In this document: in pieces, positions 10,726 to 23,300 of the stretch
How positions within the stretch are numbered: the stretch's first letter is position 1
Layout: each line of letters starts with the position of its first letter
Source of the DNA: Eledone cirrhosa
Taxonomy: Eukaryota
Direction of reading: 5' to 3'
DNA: 64,000 bases
Assembly: GCA_964016885.1 (NCBI GenBank)
Contig: OZ024740.1
Coordinates: forward strand, 435,240,001-435,304,000
The notes under the pieces: model-generated
What the model was told of the DNA's origin: nothing
Database searches by the model: none
The model's input: only the letters and a program-made list of their open reading frames with translations
Translations under genes and position numbers: made by a program

Positions 10726-10871
10726 GCAGTTAATAAAAATTCAAAATCCAAACTTCAAAATAGAGAATTCGGTGAGTGATATGCTTGGTTTAAAGTTGCA
10801 GTGGAAGAGAATCTGTTCACCGCTAACCTATTAAGAGAGCCATGATATATATTTTAGCTATAGTCTTTCTA

Positions 10872-10989
<118 letters not shown>

Positions 10990-11438
10990 TAAAAGTATAC
11001 ATATTTATATACATATATATGTGTAAGTATATATTATAAACACACACAAATGTGTGTGTAATTATTTAATTAAACTCTAGAATTAGGTTAATTATAGATG
11101 TGAAGTTAAGTAATACAATACGTCCTAAGTAATGTTATAAGCTAGAATCAATATCACATTATTATTACTGTCAGATAGTGAAGGCGCGTTTTCTGTGAAT
11201 TTCAAGATTTTTTTCAGTTGTATTAGTTGCTATATTTTTGGCAAAAGGGTCTTAAGACTTCTGTCTTTGCCCTGTGAAGGGGAGACGCCATAATATTTGG
11301 GCATTTTGGCCCAAATATTTGAACTTTGTGTATATGAAAAGAACATTATCGAGAAAAAAAAACATGGCTCAGCCACGTCCCCCAACGTCTGCTGTCGTGT
11401 GACAGCGGCTTAAACGTTGAGAGGAGGAAGGTTACGGC

Positions 11439-13098
11439 GACCACAAACACCACAAACACCACAAACAACACAAACACCACAAACAACACAAACACCACAA
11501 ACACCACAAACACCACAAACACCACAAACACCACAAACACCACAAACACCACAAACACAACAAACACCACAAACACCACAAACATCACAAACAACACAAA
11601 CACCACAAACACCACAAACATCACAAACACCACAAACAACACAAACACCACAAACAACACAAACACCACAAACACCACAAACATCACAAACACCACAAAC
11701 AACACAAACACCACAAACACCACAAACAACACAAACACCACAAACAACACAAACACCACAAACACCACAAACACCACAAACACCACAAACACCACAAACA
11801 CCACAAACACCACAAACATCACAAACAACACAAACACCACAAACACCACAAACATCACAAACACCACAAACAACACAAACACCACAAACAACACAAACAC
11901 CACAAACACCACAAACATCACAAACACCACAAACAACACAAACACCACAAACACCACAAACATCACAAACATCACAAACAACACAAACACCACAAACACC
12001 ACAAACATCACAAACACCACAAACAACACAAACACCACAAACAACACAAACACCACAAACACCACAAACACCACAAACACCACAAACACCACAAACACCA
12101 CAAACACCACAAACACCACAAACAACACAAACACCACAAACACCACAAACATCACAAACAACACAAACATCACAAACACCACAAACAACACAAACACCAC
12201 AAACAACACAAACACCACAAACACCACAAACACCACAAACACCACAAACACCACAAACACCACAAACACCACAAACAACACAAACACAACAAACACCACA
12301 AACACCACAAACATCACAAACAACACAAACACCACAAACACCACAAACATCACAAACACCACAAACAACACAAACACCACAAACAACACAAACACCACAA
12401 ACACCACAAACATCACAAACACCACAAACAACACAAACACCACAAACAACACAAACACCACAAACAACACAAACACCACAAACACCACAAACACCACAAA
12501 CACCACAAACACCACAAACACCACAAACACCACAAACATCACAAACAACACAAACACCACAAACACCACAAACATCACAAACACCACAAACAACACAAAC
12601 ACCACAAACAACACAAACACCACAAACACCACAAACATCACAAACACCACAAACAACACAAACACCACAAACACCACAAACATCACAAACATCACAAACA
12701 ACACAAACACCACAAACACCACAAACATCACAAACACCACAAACACCACAAACACCACAAACACCACAAACATCACAAACAACACAAACACCACAAACAC
12801 CACAAACATCACAAACACCACAAACAACACAAACACCACAAACAACACAAACACCACAAACACCACAAACAACACAAACACCACAAACAACACAAACACC
12901 ACAAACAACACAAACACCACAAACACCACAAACACCACAAACACCACAAACACCACAAACACCACAAACAACACAAACATCACAAACACCACAAACAACA
13001 CAAACACCACAAACACCACAAACAACACAAACACCACAAACAACACAAACACCACAAACACCACAAACAACACAAACACCACAAACACCACAAACAAC
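11439..13098. repeat. 9-bp minisatellite ACAAACA(CC/AC/TC), about 184 units
   Basis: Uninterrupted 9-bp periodicity over ~1660 bp, with three common variants at one position and an internal ~720-729-bp duplication. Confidence 0.97.
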
Positions 13099-13781
13099 AT
13101 GAGCAACGACACTAACAGTAGGAACAATAACCTAAAAACTGACAACACCAACCACAGCAATAACAAAAGACAACAGGAACATGGAAATTAAAACCGAGAA
13201 CAGCAGCACTAAAGATACAACAAACTGCAACAGCGTCAACAGCAACAACACCAACAAGATAACCACAACACCACCAACAACAACAAGAACACTTTCGCTG
13301 CGGCAGCAGCCAAAAGGAAGCCATGCTTCAGCATGGACCTCACGAATAAAGATAAAAGTTGGCCCAAGCCTGGAAGCTCATCAAACTCTTGTTTGGTTTT
13401 CCCTTATCTTCACTACTGGAAGATGAGGGGTCTGTGGCTGTAAGTGTGTCTGTGTCTGTGTTTATGTTTTTCTTCATGCGTGTATTTGGGGGGGGGAGCT
13501 TTTCTCGTTTTCCCCCTGGGTGGCCAATGCTGGTGATGGCCAGCCTGGGCCAACTTAACTGTCCCGACAGAAGCCATTGAAGCAATGGAGCATTTCAGCA
13601 GAGACAAAGAAGGCGGCTTTAATTGCCCAGATATTGAAGCCGCGTTGAGATGCATCAGGGATGACACCGAGTACAGAGCGAGGGGCAGACAATCGGCACT
13701 ATTTCGGTGCTGTTTAAGTCAGAATCCCTTGCTATGAAACATGCGATGACCCTTGCAAAACCAGCAACGTCATAATGTACC

Positions 13782-14062
13782 TGTAGTAGGAGGTTGCCTC
13801 CCTTGTTGTGACACTCACAACCCCAATAGATAAACACCATCTAGACAGGAAGTAGAACTCTTTTGGCCTTCGCCAGGCGTCTTCTGCCAGCCGCGTTTGA
13901 CTGGCAATCAAAACGGTAACTACTAACTTTGCTTCATTCTTTCATCTATTTCTTTGACATGTCAACTATACTGTTCTATATATATCCATGATTGTTAATT
14001 AAATATTATACACACAAACCATGTCTCCTTGTTACATTCATACAACCCAGTATCTAGCTATA
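13782..14062 (+). repeat. 5' LTR
   Basis: Homologous to 15421-15762 but lacks about 60 bp of internal sequence. Confidence 0.9.
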
Positions 14063-14064
14063 AT

Positions 14065-14125
14065 TGGTGACCCCCGACGTGATACGAACACGCAACCATT
14101 CATCGCTATAAAGTGGTGACCCCGA
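14065..14125 (+). promoter_or_regulatory. Tandem tRNA-Trp primer-binding sites
   Basis: TGGTGACCCCCGACGTGAT (14065-14083) and TGGTGACCCCGA (14114-14125) are complementary to the 3' end of eukaryotic tRNA-Trp, ...ATCACGTCGGGGTCA-CCA. Confidence 0.88.
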
Positions 14126-15420
14126 AAAAATAAAAAAAATAGCAGAATCTGGTGTTGTGTGAGTAACATTACGAATACACAGCAAATTTTATTGACAAAC
14201 TAGGAAAATACGCAGTCAAAGAAACGCACATGTGAAATTTTCGCACAGACAGACTTTTTCTCTCACGCATCAACTAACTGTCGCATTTCACGATATATAT
14301 ATATATGTTTCTCGTTTCTTACAACGAACACTTTAAAAAAAAAAAAAAGAAATTTGATTTTTTTTTTTAAAACATTTCAACAGGAACATTTATTTTCGAT
14401 GAACCTCAACCATTGCCTTTTTTTTCATCGTTTTCTTCATCGTTCAAGTTTTTTTTCAAAGTTCACACCAATAATTATGCTAAGTGAAGCCTTTATTTTT
14501 CATCATTGTCACTTTCACACACACATTTTTTCAAAATGGCTGCCAACGACCTGTTGCACTATCATTTTCGCGCCATTTTCTCGCGCGTTAGAAATATTAT
14601 TTTTTCAACCTAACTTAACCTTGTATTGGCACGTGTAGGCAGCACAAATTCTCAACTCACGGAGATATCTCGACTCACAGAGATAGCCGCACGCCAGAGA
14701 TAACGTTTCTCGCCAAGGATTCTTCAGCCTTAAGCTATATTCTCCTATTTGCCGGTTTAAAAATTTACCACGTAAATTTGCCGTTGAAAACTGCGCATTT
14801 ATTCAGAATGCTTATTTCTTTGGTCGCTGGCCTCTTGACCCTTCCAGGTCAACGCATTCTCAACATCGACCATCAACTTCGGCTGTTATTTCTAGCACTT
14901 TGCGCAACTCATTTTTTCTGAAAAAAAATTTTTTTTTTACTGTGAATTTAAACACCGAATACGCTCACTCCGCGAGACAACAACCTCAACAGCAACACAG
15001 CTTCACCAACAACCAAAACCAGCGGAACAAGCCAGAGAATTTATTTTTGCAGCACTCTTCCTGTGAGAAAATCCATTCGGAGGTTGGAAATTTCACGATA
15101 TACCACAGAACAGAAACCACCTGCATTCATTCTCTGGAACACACTTTCTTTCCTGCTGTCATGTGATTGCACACCTGTGAACTATATTTTGTACATTTGA
15201 ACTTTGAGCTCTTCTCTTACTTTATTACATTGTATCTTTGGGTGATGGATAGATAGATGTCCAGTCGTTCTCTGGCCAAGAGCGGTTGGCTACCTTGATA
15301 TCTATCATTGATTTTTGCAAACATTCTTTTGTCGTAATGTTCATGCCTGTTACAACATTCTCGCCAACTTGCTACATATTTCATTCGATTTTTATATTCT
15401 AAAATTCTGGCGGGAGGTTA

Positions 15421-15762
15421 TGTAGCAGGAGGTTGCCTCCCTTGCTGTGACACTCACAACCCCAATAGATTAACACCATCTAGACAGGAAGTAGAACCCT
15501 TTCTGTAACTACCGGTCAGAACCCTATAAAACTAACAACTTTAAGTTCTCACTCTCTCATTGGCCCTTCCGGCGCCTGGCCTTCGCCAGGCGTCTTCTGC
15601 CAGCCGCGTTTGCCTGGCAATCAAAACGGTAACTACTAACTTTGCTTCATTCTTTCGTTTATTCATTGACATGTCAACTATACTGTTAAATTGTTGATTA
15701 AATATTATACACACAAACAATTGTCTCCTTGTTACATTCATACACACTAGTATTTTGCTATA
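15421..15762 (+). repeat. 3' LTR
   Basis: Starts TGTAGCAGGAGG after the polypurine tract and ends GCTATA before the TACC TSD. Confidence 0.9.
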
Positions 15763-16702
15763 TACCCCTCCCACGTGGGAAAACGAACAGCTCGTGTCCG
15801 CATTCCTGGGATTCCACCACGACTTGACAGGTGGTGGATTCTGGGATGCGAGATTGTGGAGGGGTGGATACTGTCGCGATAGGGTTACAAGGACTGCTAG
15901 AGAAGACAGGTCCGGGGTTGACCTGGAGATACTGGAGATACCTGAAGATGTAAAAATAATCCCGGACCACATCCGTCTCCAGAACGGGACAGTTGTATAT
16001 ATAATGACTGAGGGCAAAAGGCCGCATTGTTTCGTTTTAAATGATGCGAGGCCAGCCTGTCCGTGTTTCAAGAAAAATTCATCCATTTTGCTTGAAAATA
16101 TGTTTACTGAACGTTTTAATAAAGTTACTATATTTAGAAATTTAGTGTAGTTTAAAAAGAACTGCATTACTTTGATAATCCAACAACACATCTTCCTATT
16201 TTCTCTGTTTATAATATTCTTGTCATGTATTGATATAGAAAGGCAGAGTATTTTCTCAGTGTCAAAAGCCTCGCATGTAACAACTTTTAACAGTTTTAAC
16301 AGTTGCTTGTCTGCTCTTACCTTCACAAAATAAAAACCTTTTCAGAAGCACATCAACTCTCTTGAATTTAAATATAGTAAAGCTTCATTGTGTGAACTTT
16401 ATATTGTTGCCGAAGTTGTACAACTTAAGTAGTCTAGGAACCACGACAGAGCAATAATACGGAATTTTTCACCAAACGATCCTCATTCACCCAAACCATG
16501 CGACAAGCCATAACACAATAGGATCCTAAGATCCTCTCTGTTGTTTTGAATATTTCCTAAAAACTGCCACACGGGAATAGTTTATAGCGACTAATTTATT
16601 GATCAGAGTAAACTACTATGTCTTATTTAATTATAAAAATGTGTAAAGAACTATGATACTTTAAGGATCGATAAGGTAACCACCTGAGGTGTGTACCATT
16701 GG

Positions 16703-16802
16703 CACCTAGTTGGCCTGCTGATCACCTAGTTGACCTACCGGTCATCTAGTTGACCTACAGGTCACCTAGTTGACCTACAGGTCACCTAGTTGACCTACTG
16801 GT
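16703..16802. repeat. 20-bp minisatellite CACCTAGTTGACCTACAGGT, about 5 copies
   Basis: Directly visible tandem units, slightly diverged. Confidence 0.9.
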
Positions 16803-17044
16803 AGGGCTGGCTCTAATCCTATTAGTAATCACACAACGGTTAAATAGATTGAGCCGAATGTGGTACTCCAACTAAATACGGTCAACTTTGATGACGTTTT
16901 CGAGATCAAAGCTTGTCAGAATTTCACATTGGTGACACTGTTTTAAACAAAAGTTCTTCGTGACTCCTTTTTTATTAACGACACAAAATTCCTAAATAAA
17001 CAATAATATATTATATAAGCTGTCACTAGTCACGTATAGGAGTA

Positions 17045-17191
17045 GTGGCACTGCGTCGGTTTCGACGAGGAGTATTCCTGTTGATACGCTCAACAGCTAG
17101 TGAACTTAACGTGCAAGTAGCTGAGCATTCCACAAACACGTGTACCTTTAACATAGTTCTCAGGGAGAATCAGCGTGACACAGAATGTGAC
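17045..17191 (-). mobile_element. 3' fragment of the same SINE family as 9156-9598, reverse orientation
   Basis: Shares AGTAGCTGAGCATTCCACA with the reverse complement of ~9552-9572. Resembles an abundant octopus SINE 3' region (recalled). Confidence 0.7.
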
Positions 17192-17322
17192 TCACACCAT
17201 ATAAGGAGAGAGGGACACAACTTAAAAAAGTTGAGGAAAAATATGTCATACAAAATATTTTCTTTATTTTGTTTTTCTTCTGAAAGAATTCTAGTGGACT
17301 GTTAATGTGTTAAGATATAATA

Positions 17323-20300
17323 TAACACCCGGTATTGTGTACTTTAGGTCAAGTAACACCCGGTATTGTGTACTTTAGTGTCAAGTAACACCAGGTATTG
17401 TGTACTTCAGTGTCAAGTAACACCAGGTATTGTGTACTTTAGTATCAAGTAACACCAGGTATTGTGTACTTCAGTGTCAAGTAACACCAGGTATTGTGTA
17501 CTTTAGTATCAAGTAACACCAGGTATTGTGTATTTCAGTATCAAGTAGCACCAGGTATTGTGTACTTCAGTATCAAGTAACACCAGGTATTGTGTACTTC
17601 AGTGTCAAGTAACACCAGGTATTGTGTACTTTAGTGTCAAGTAACACCAGGTATTGTGTACTTTAGTGTCAAGTAACACCAGGTATTGTGTACTTTAGTA
17701 TCAAGTAACACCAGGTATTGTGTACTTCAGTGTCAAGTAACACCAGGTATTGTGTATTTAGTATCAAGTAACACCAGGTATTGTGTACTTCAGTATCAAG
17801 TAACACCAGGTATTGTGTACTTCAGTGTCAAGTAACACCAGGTATTGTGTACTTTAGTGTCAACTAACACCAGGTATTGTGTACTTTAGTGTCAAGAAAC
17901 ACCAGGTATTGTGTATTTAGTATCAAGTAACACCAGGTATTGTATACTTTAGTATCAAGTAACACCAGGTATTGTGTACTTCAGTGTCAAGTAACACCAG
18001 GTATTGTGTACTTTAGTGTCAAGTAACACCAGGTATTGTGTACTTTAGTGTCAAGTAACAACAGGTATTGTGTACTTTAGTGTCAAGTAACACCAGGTAT
18101 TATGTACTTCAGTGTCAAGTAACACCAGGCATTGTGTACTTTAGTGTCAAGTAACACCAGGTATTGTGTACTTTAGTATCAAGTAACACCAGGTATTGTG
18201 TATTTAGTATCAAGTAACACCAGGTATTGTGTACTTCAGTGTCAAGTAACACCAGGTATTGTGTACATTAGTGTCAAGTAACACCGGGTATTGTGTACTT
18301 CAGTGTGAAGTAACACCAGGTATTGTGTACTTCAGTGTCAAGTAACACCGGGTATTGTGTACTTCAGTGTCAAGTAACACCAGGTATTGTGTACTTTAGT
18401 ATCAAGTAACACCAGGTATTGTGTACTTCAGTATCAAGTAACACCAGGTATTGTGTACTTCAGTGTCAAGTAACACCAGGTATTGTGTACTTTAGTGTCA
18501 AGTAACACCAGGTATTGTGTACTTTAGTATCAAGTAACACCAGGTATTGTGTACTTCAGTGTCAAGTAACACCAGGTATTGTGTACTTTAGTGTCAAGTA
18601 ACACCAGGTATTGTGTACTTTAGTATCAAGTAACACCAGGTATTGTGTACTTCAGTGTCAAGTAACACCAGGTATTGTGTACTTTAGTGTCAAGTAACAC
18701 CAGGTATTGTGTACTTTAGAGTCAAGTAACACCAGGTATTGTGTACTTTAGTATCAAGTAACACCAGGTATTGTGTACTTCAGTGTCAAGTAACACCAGG
18801 TATTGTGTACTTCAGTGTCAAGTAACACCAGGTATTGTGTACTTTAGTATCAAGTAACACCAGGTAGAGTGTACTTCAGTGTCATGTAACACCAGGTATT
18901 GTGTACTTTAGTGTCAAGTAACACCAGGTATTGTGTACTTCAGTGTCAAGTAACACCGGGTATTGTGTACTTCAGTGTGAAGTAACACCAGGTATCGTGT
19001 ACTTCAGTGTCAAGTAACACCGGGTATTGTGTACTTCAGTGTGAAGTAACACCAGGTATTGTGTACTTCAGTATCAAGTAACACTAGGTATTGTGTACTT
19101 TAGTGTCAAGTAACACCAGGTATTGTGTACTTTAGTGTCAAGTAACACCAGGTATTGTGTACTTTAGTGTCAAGTAACACCAGGTATTGTGTACTTCAGT
19201 GTCAAGTAACACCAGGTATTGTGTAATTGAGTATCAAGTAACACCAGGTATAGTGTACTTCAGTATCAAGTAACACCAGGTATTGTGTACTTTAGTATCA
19301 AGTAAAACCAGGTATTGTGTACTTCAGTATCAAGTAACACCAGGTATTGTGTACTTTAGTATCAAGTAACACCAGGTATTGTGTACTTCAGTGTCAAGTA
19401 ACACCAGGTATTGTGTACTTTAGTGTCATATAACACCAGGTATTGTGTATTTTAGTGTCAAGTAACTCCAGGTATTGTGTACTTCAGTATCAAGTAAAAC
19501 CAGGTATTGTGTACTTCAGTGTCAAGTAACACTAGGTATTGTGTACTTTAGTATCAAGTAACAATCGGTATTGTGTACTTCAGTGTCAAGTAACACTAGG
19601 AATTGTGTACTTTAGTACCAAGTAACACTAGGTATTGTGTACTTCAGTGTGAAGTAACACCCGGTATTGTGTACTTTAGTATCAAGAAACACCAGATATT
19701 GTGTACTTTAGTATCAAGTAACACCAGGTATTGTGTACTTTAGTGTCATGTAACACCAGGTATTGTGTACGTTAGTATCAACTAACACCAGGTATTGTGT
19801 ACTTCAGTATCAAGTAAAATCAGGTATTGTTTACTTCAGTGTCAAGTAACACCAGGTATTGTGTACTTTAGAGTCAAGTAACACACAGTATTGTGTACTT
19901 TAGTATCAAGTAACACTCGGTATTGTGTACTTCAGTGTCAAGTAACACTAGGAATTGTGTACTTTAGTACCAAGTAACACCAGGTATTGTGTACTTCAGT
20001 GTCAAGTAACACCAGGTATTGTGTACTTCAGTGTCAAGTAACACTAGGTATTGTGTACTTCAGTGTCAAGTAACACCAGGTATTGTGTACTTTAGTGTCA
20101 AGTAACACCAGGTATTGTGTACTTTAGTGCCAAGTAACAGCAGGCATTGTGTACTTTAGTATCAAGTAACACCATGTATTGTGTACTTTAGTGTCAAGTA
20201 ACAGCAGGTATCGTGTACTTTAGTATCAAGTAACACCGGGTATTGTGTACTTCAGTGTCAAGTAACACCAGGTATTGTGTACTTTAGTGTCATGTAACAC

Positions 20301-23300
20301 CAGGTATTGTGTACTTTAGTATCAAGTAACACCAGGTATTGTGTACTTTAGTGTCATGTAACACCAGGTATTGTGTACTTTAGTATCAAGTAACACCAGG
20401 AATTGTGTATTTTAGTGTCAAGTAACACCAGGTATTGTGTACTTTAGCATCAAGTAACACCAGGTATTGTGTACTTTAGTATCAAGTAACACCAGGTATT
20501 GTGTACTTCAGTGTCAAGTTAAACTAGGTGTTGTGTACTTTAGTGTCAAGTAACACCAGGTATTGTGTACTTTAGTGTCAAGTAACAGCAGGTATTGTGT
20601 ACTTTAGTATCAAGTAACACCAGGTATTGTGTACTTTAGTGTCAAGTAACAGCAGGTATCGTGTACTTTAGTATCAAGTAACACCGGGTATTGTGTACTT
20701 CAGTGTCAAGTAACACCAGGTATTGTGTACTTCAGTGTCAAGTAACACCAGGTATTGTGTACTTCAGTGTCAAGTAACACCAGGTATTGTGTACTTCAGT
20801 GTCAAGTAACACCAGGTATTGTGTACTTTAGTATCAAGTAACACCAGTTATTGTGTACTTCAGTGTCAAGTAACACCGGGTATTGTGTACTTCAGTGTGA
20901 AGTAACACCAGGTATTGTGTACTTCAGTGTCAAGTAACACCAGGTATTGTGTAATTTAGTGTCAAGTAACACCAGGTATTGTGTACTTTAGTATCAAGTA
21001 ACACCCGGTATTGTGTACTTCAGTATCAAGTAACACCAGGTATTGTGTACTTCAGTATCAAGTAACACCAGGTATTGTGTACTTCAGTGTCAAGTAACAC
21101 CAGGTATTGTGTACTTTAGTGTCAAGTAACACCAGGTATTGTGTAATTGAGTATCAAGTAACACCAGGTATTGTGTACTTCAGTGTCAAGTAACACCAGG
21201 TATTGTGTACTACAGTGTCAAGTATTGCTAGGTATTGTGTACTTCAGTGTCAAGTAACACCAGGTATTGTGTACTTTAGTGTCATGTAACACCAGGTATT
21301 GTGTCCTTTAGTGTCATGTAACACCAGGTATTGTGTACTTTAGTGTCATCTAACACCAGGTATTGTGTACTTTAGTGTCATGTAACACCAGGTATTGTGT
21401 ACTTTAGTGTCAAGTAACACCAGGTATTGTGTATTTAGTATCAAGTAAAACCAGGTATTGTGTACTTTAGTATCAAGTAACACCAGGTATTGTGTACTTC
21501 AGTGTCAAGTAACACCAGGTATTGTGTAATTTAGTGTCAAGTAACAACAGGTATTGTGTACTTTAGTATCAAGTAACACCAGGTATTGTGTACTTCAGTG
21601 TCAAGTAACACCGGGTATTGTGTACTTCAGTGTCAAGTAACACCAGGTATTGTGTACTTCAGTGTCAAGTAACACCAGGTGTTGTGTACTTTAGTGTCAT
21701 GTAACACCAGGTATTGTGTACTTTAGTATCAAGTAACACCAGGTATTGTGTACTTCAGTGACAAGTAACACCAGGTATTGTGTACTTTAGTGTCATGTAA
21801 CACCAGGTATTGTGTACTTCAGTGTCAAGTAACACCAGGTATTGTTTACTTTAGTGTCAAGTAACACCAGGTATTGTGTACTTTAGTGTCAAGTAACACC
21901 AGGTATTGTGTACTTCAGTGTCAAGTAACACCAGGTATTGTGTACTTCAGTGTCAAGTAACACCAGGTATTGTGTAATTTAGTGTCAAGTTACACCAGGT
22001 ATTGTGTACTTCAGTGTCAAGTAACACCAGGTATTGTTTACTTTAGTGTCAAGTAACACCAGGTATTGTGTACTTTAGTATCAAGTAACACCAGGTATTT
22101 TGTACTTCAGTGTCAAGTAACACCAGGTATTGTGTACTTTAGTATCAAGTAACACCAGGTATTGTGTACTTCAGTGTCAAGTAACACCAGGTATTGTGTA
22201 CTTCAGTGTCAAGTATTGCTAGGTATTGTGTACTTCAGTGTCAAGTAACACCAGGTATTGTGTATTTAGTATCAAGTAACACCAGGTATTGTGTACTTCA
22301 GTGTCAAGTAACACCAGGTATTGTGTAATTTAGTGTCAAGTAACAACAGGTATTGTGTACTTTAGTATCAAGTAACACCCGGTATTGTGTACTTCAGTGT
22401 CAAGTAACACCAGGTATTGTGTACTTCAGTGTCAAGTAACACCAGGTATTGTGTAATTTAGTGTCAAGTAAAACCAGGTATTGTGTACTTCAGTGTCAAG
22501 TAACACCAGGTATTGTGTACTTCAGTGTCAAGTAACACCAGGTATTGTGTAATTTAGTGTCAAGTAAAACCAGGTATTGTGTACTTCAGTGTCAAGTAAC
22601 ACCAGGTATTGTGTACTTTAGTATCAAGTAACACCCGGTATTGTGTACTTCAGTATCAAGTAACACCAGGTATTGTGTAATTTAGTATCAAGTAACACCA
22701 GGTATTGTGTACTTCAGTGTCAAGTAACACCAGGTATTGTGTACTTTAGTGTCAAGTAACACCAGGTATTGTGTAATTGAGTATCAAGTAACACCAGGTA
22801 TTGTGTACTTCAGTGTCAAGTAACACCAGGTATTGTGTACTACAGTGTCAAGTATTGCTAGGTATTGTGTACTTCAGTGTCAAGTAACACCAGGTATTGT
22901 GTACTTTAGTGTCATGTAACACCAGGTATTGTGTCCTTTAGTGTCATGTAACACCAGGTATTGTGTACTTTAGTGTCATCTAACACCAGGTATTGTGTAC
23001 TTTAGTGTCATGTAACACCAGGTAGTGTGTACTTTAGTGTCAAGTAACACCAGGTATTGTGTATTTAGTATCAAGTAAAACCAGGTATTGTGTACTTTAG
23101 TATCAAGTAACACCAGGTATTGTGTACTTCAGTGTCAAGTAACACCAGATATTGTGTACTTTAGTGTCAAGTAACACCAGGTATTGTGTACTTTAGTATC
23201 AAGTAACACCAGGTATTGTGTACTTCAGTGTCAAGTAACACCGGGTATTGTGTACTTCAGTGTCAAGTAACACCAGGTATTGTGTACTTTAGTATCAAGT

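Larger units (their letters stand above)
13782..15762 (+). mobile_element. Non-autonomous Gypsy-type LTR retroelement, about 1.98 kb
   Basis: Direct repeats at 13782-14062 and 15421-15762 (TGTAG...GCTATA). 4-bp TSD TACC at 13778-13781 and 15763-15766. tRNA-Trp PBS at 14065. Purine tract GGCGGGAGG just before the 3' LTR. No gag/pol ORF inside. Confidence 0.92.
11364..16035 (+). pseudogene. Fragmented L1/Tx1-type ORF1 remnant hosting the 9-bp array and the LTR element
   Basis: Frameshifted pieces occur in collinear order: a Thr/Asn-rich N-terminus, TFAAAAAKRKP (~13289-13323), GTISVLFKSESLAMKHA (~13695-13745) and, after the LTR insertion, PPTWENEQLVSAFL...IPDHIRLQNGTVVYIMTEGKRPHCF (the lead-in to an ORF1 zinc knuckle). 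Confidence 0.5.

Noticed and set aside
11346-13166. 561-aa QTP-repeat and 606-aa VVF-repeat ORFs as real proteins (mucin-like or membrane)
   Set aside because: The 9-bp unit has no stop codon in these frames, so long ORFs are expected by chance. The starts are non-ATG and there is no domain or exon evidence.
15541-16600. 261-aa minus-strand ORF and its stop-interrupted upstream extension
   Set aside because: It spans an LTR and the antisense strand of an ORF1 remnant. The 16050-16600 part has no motif I recognise and would need a BLASTx search.
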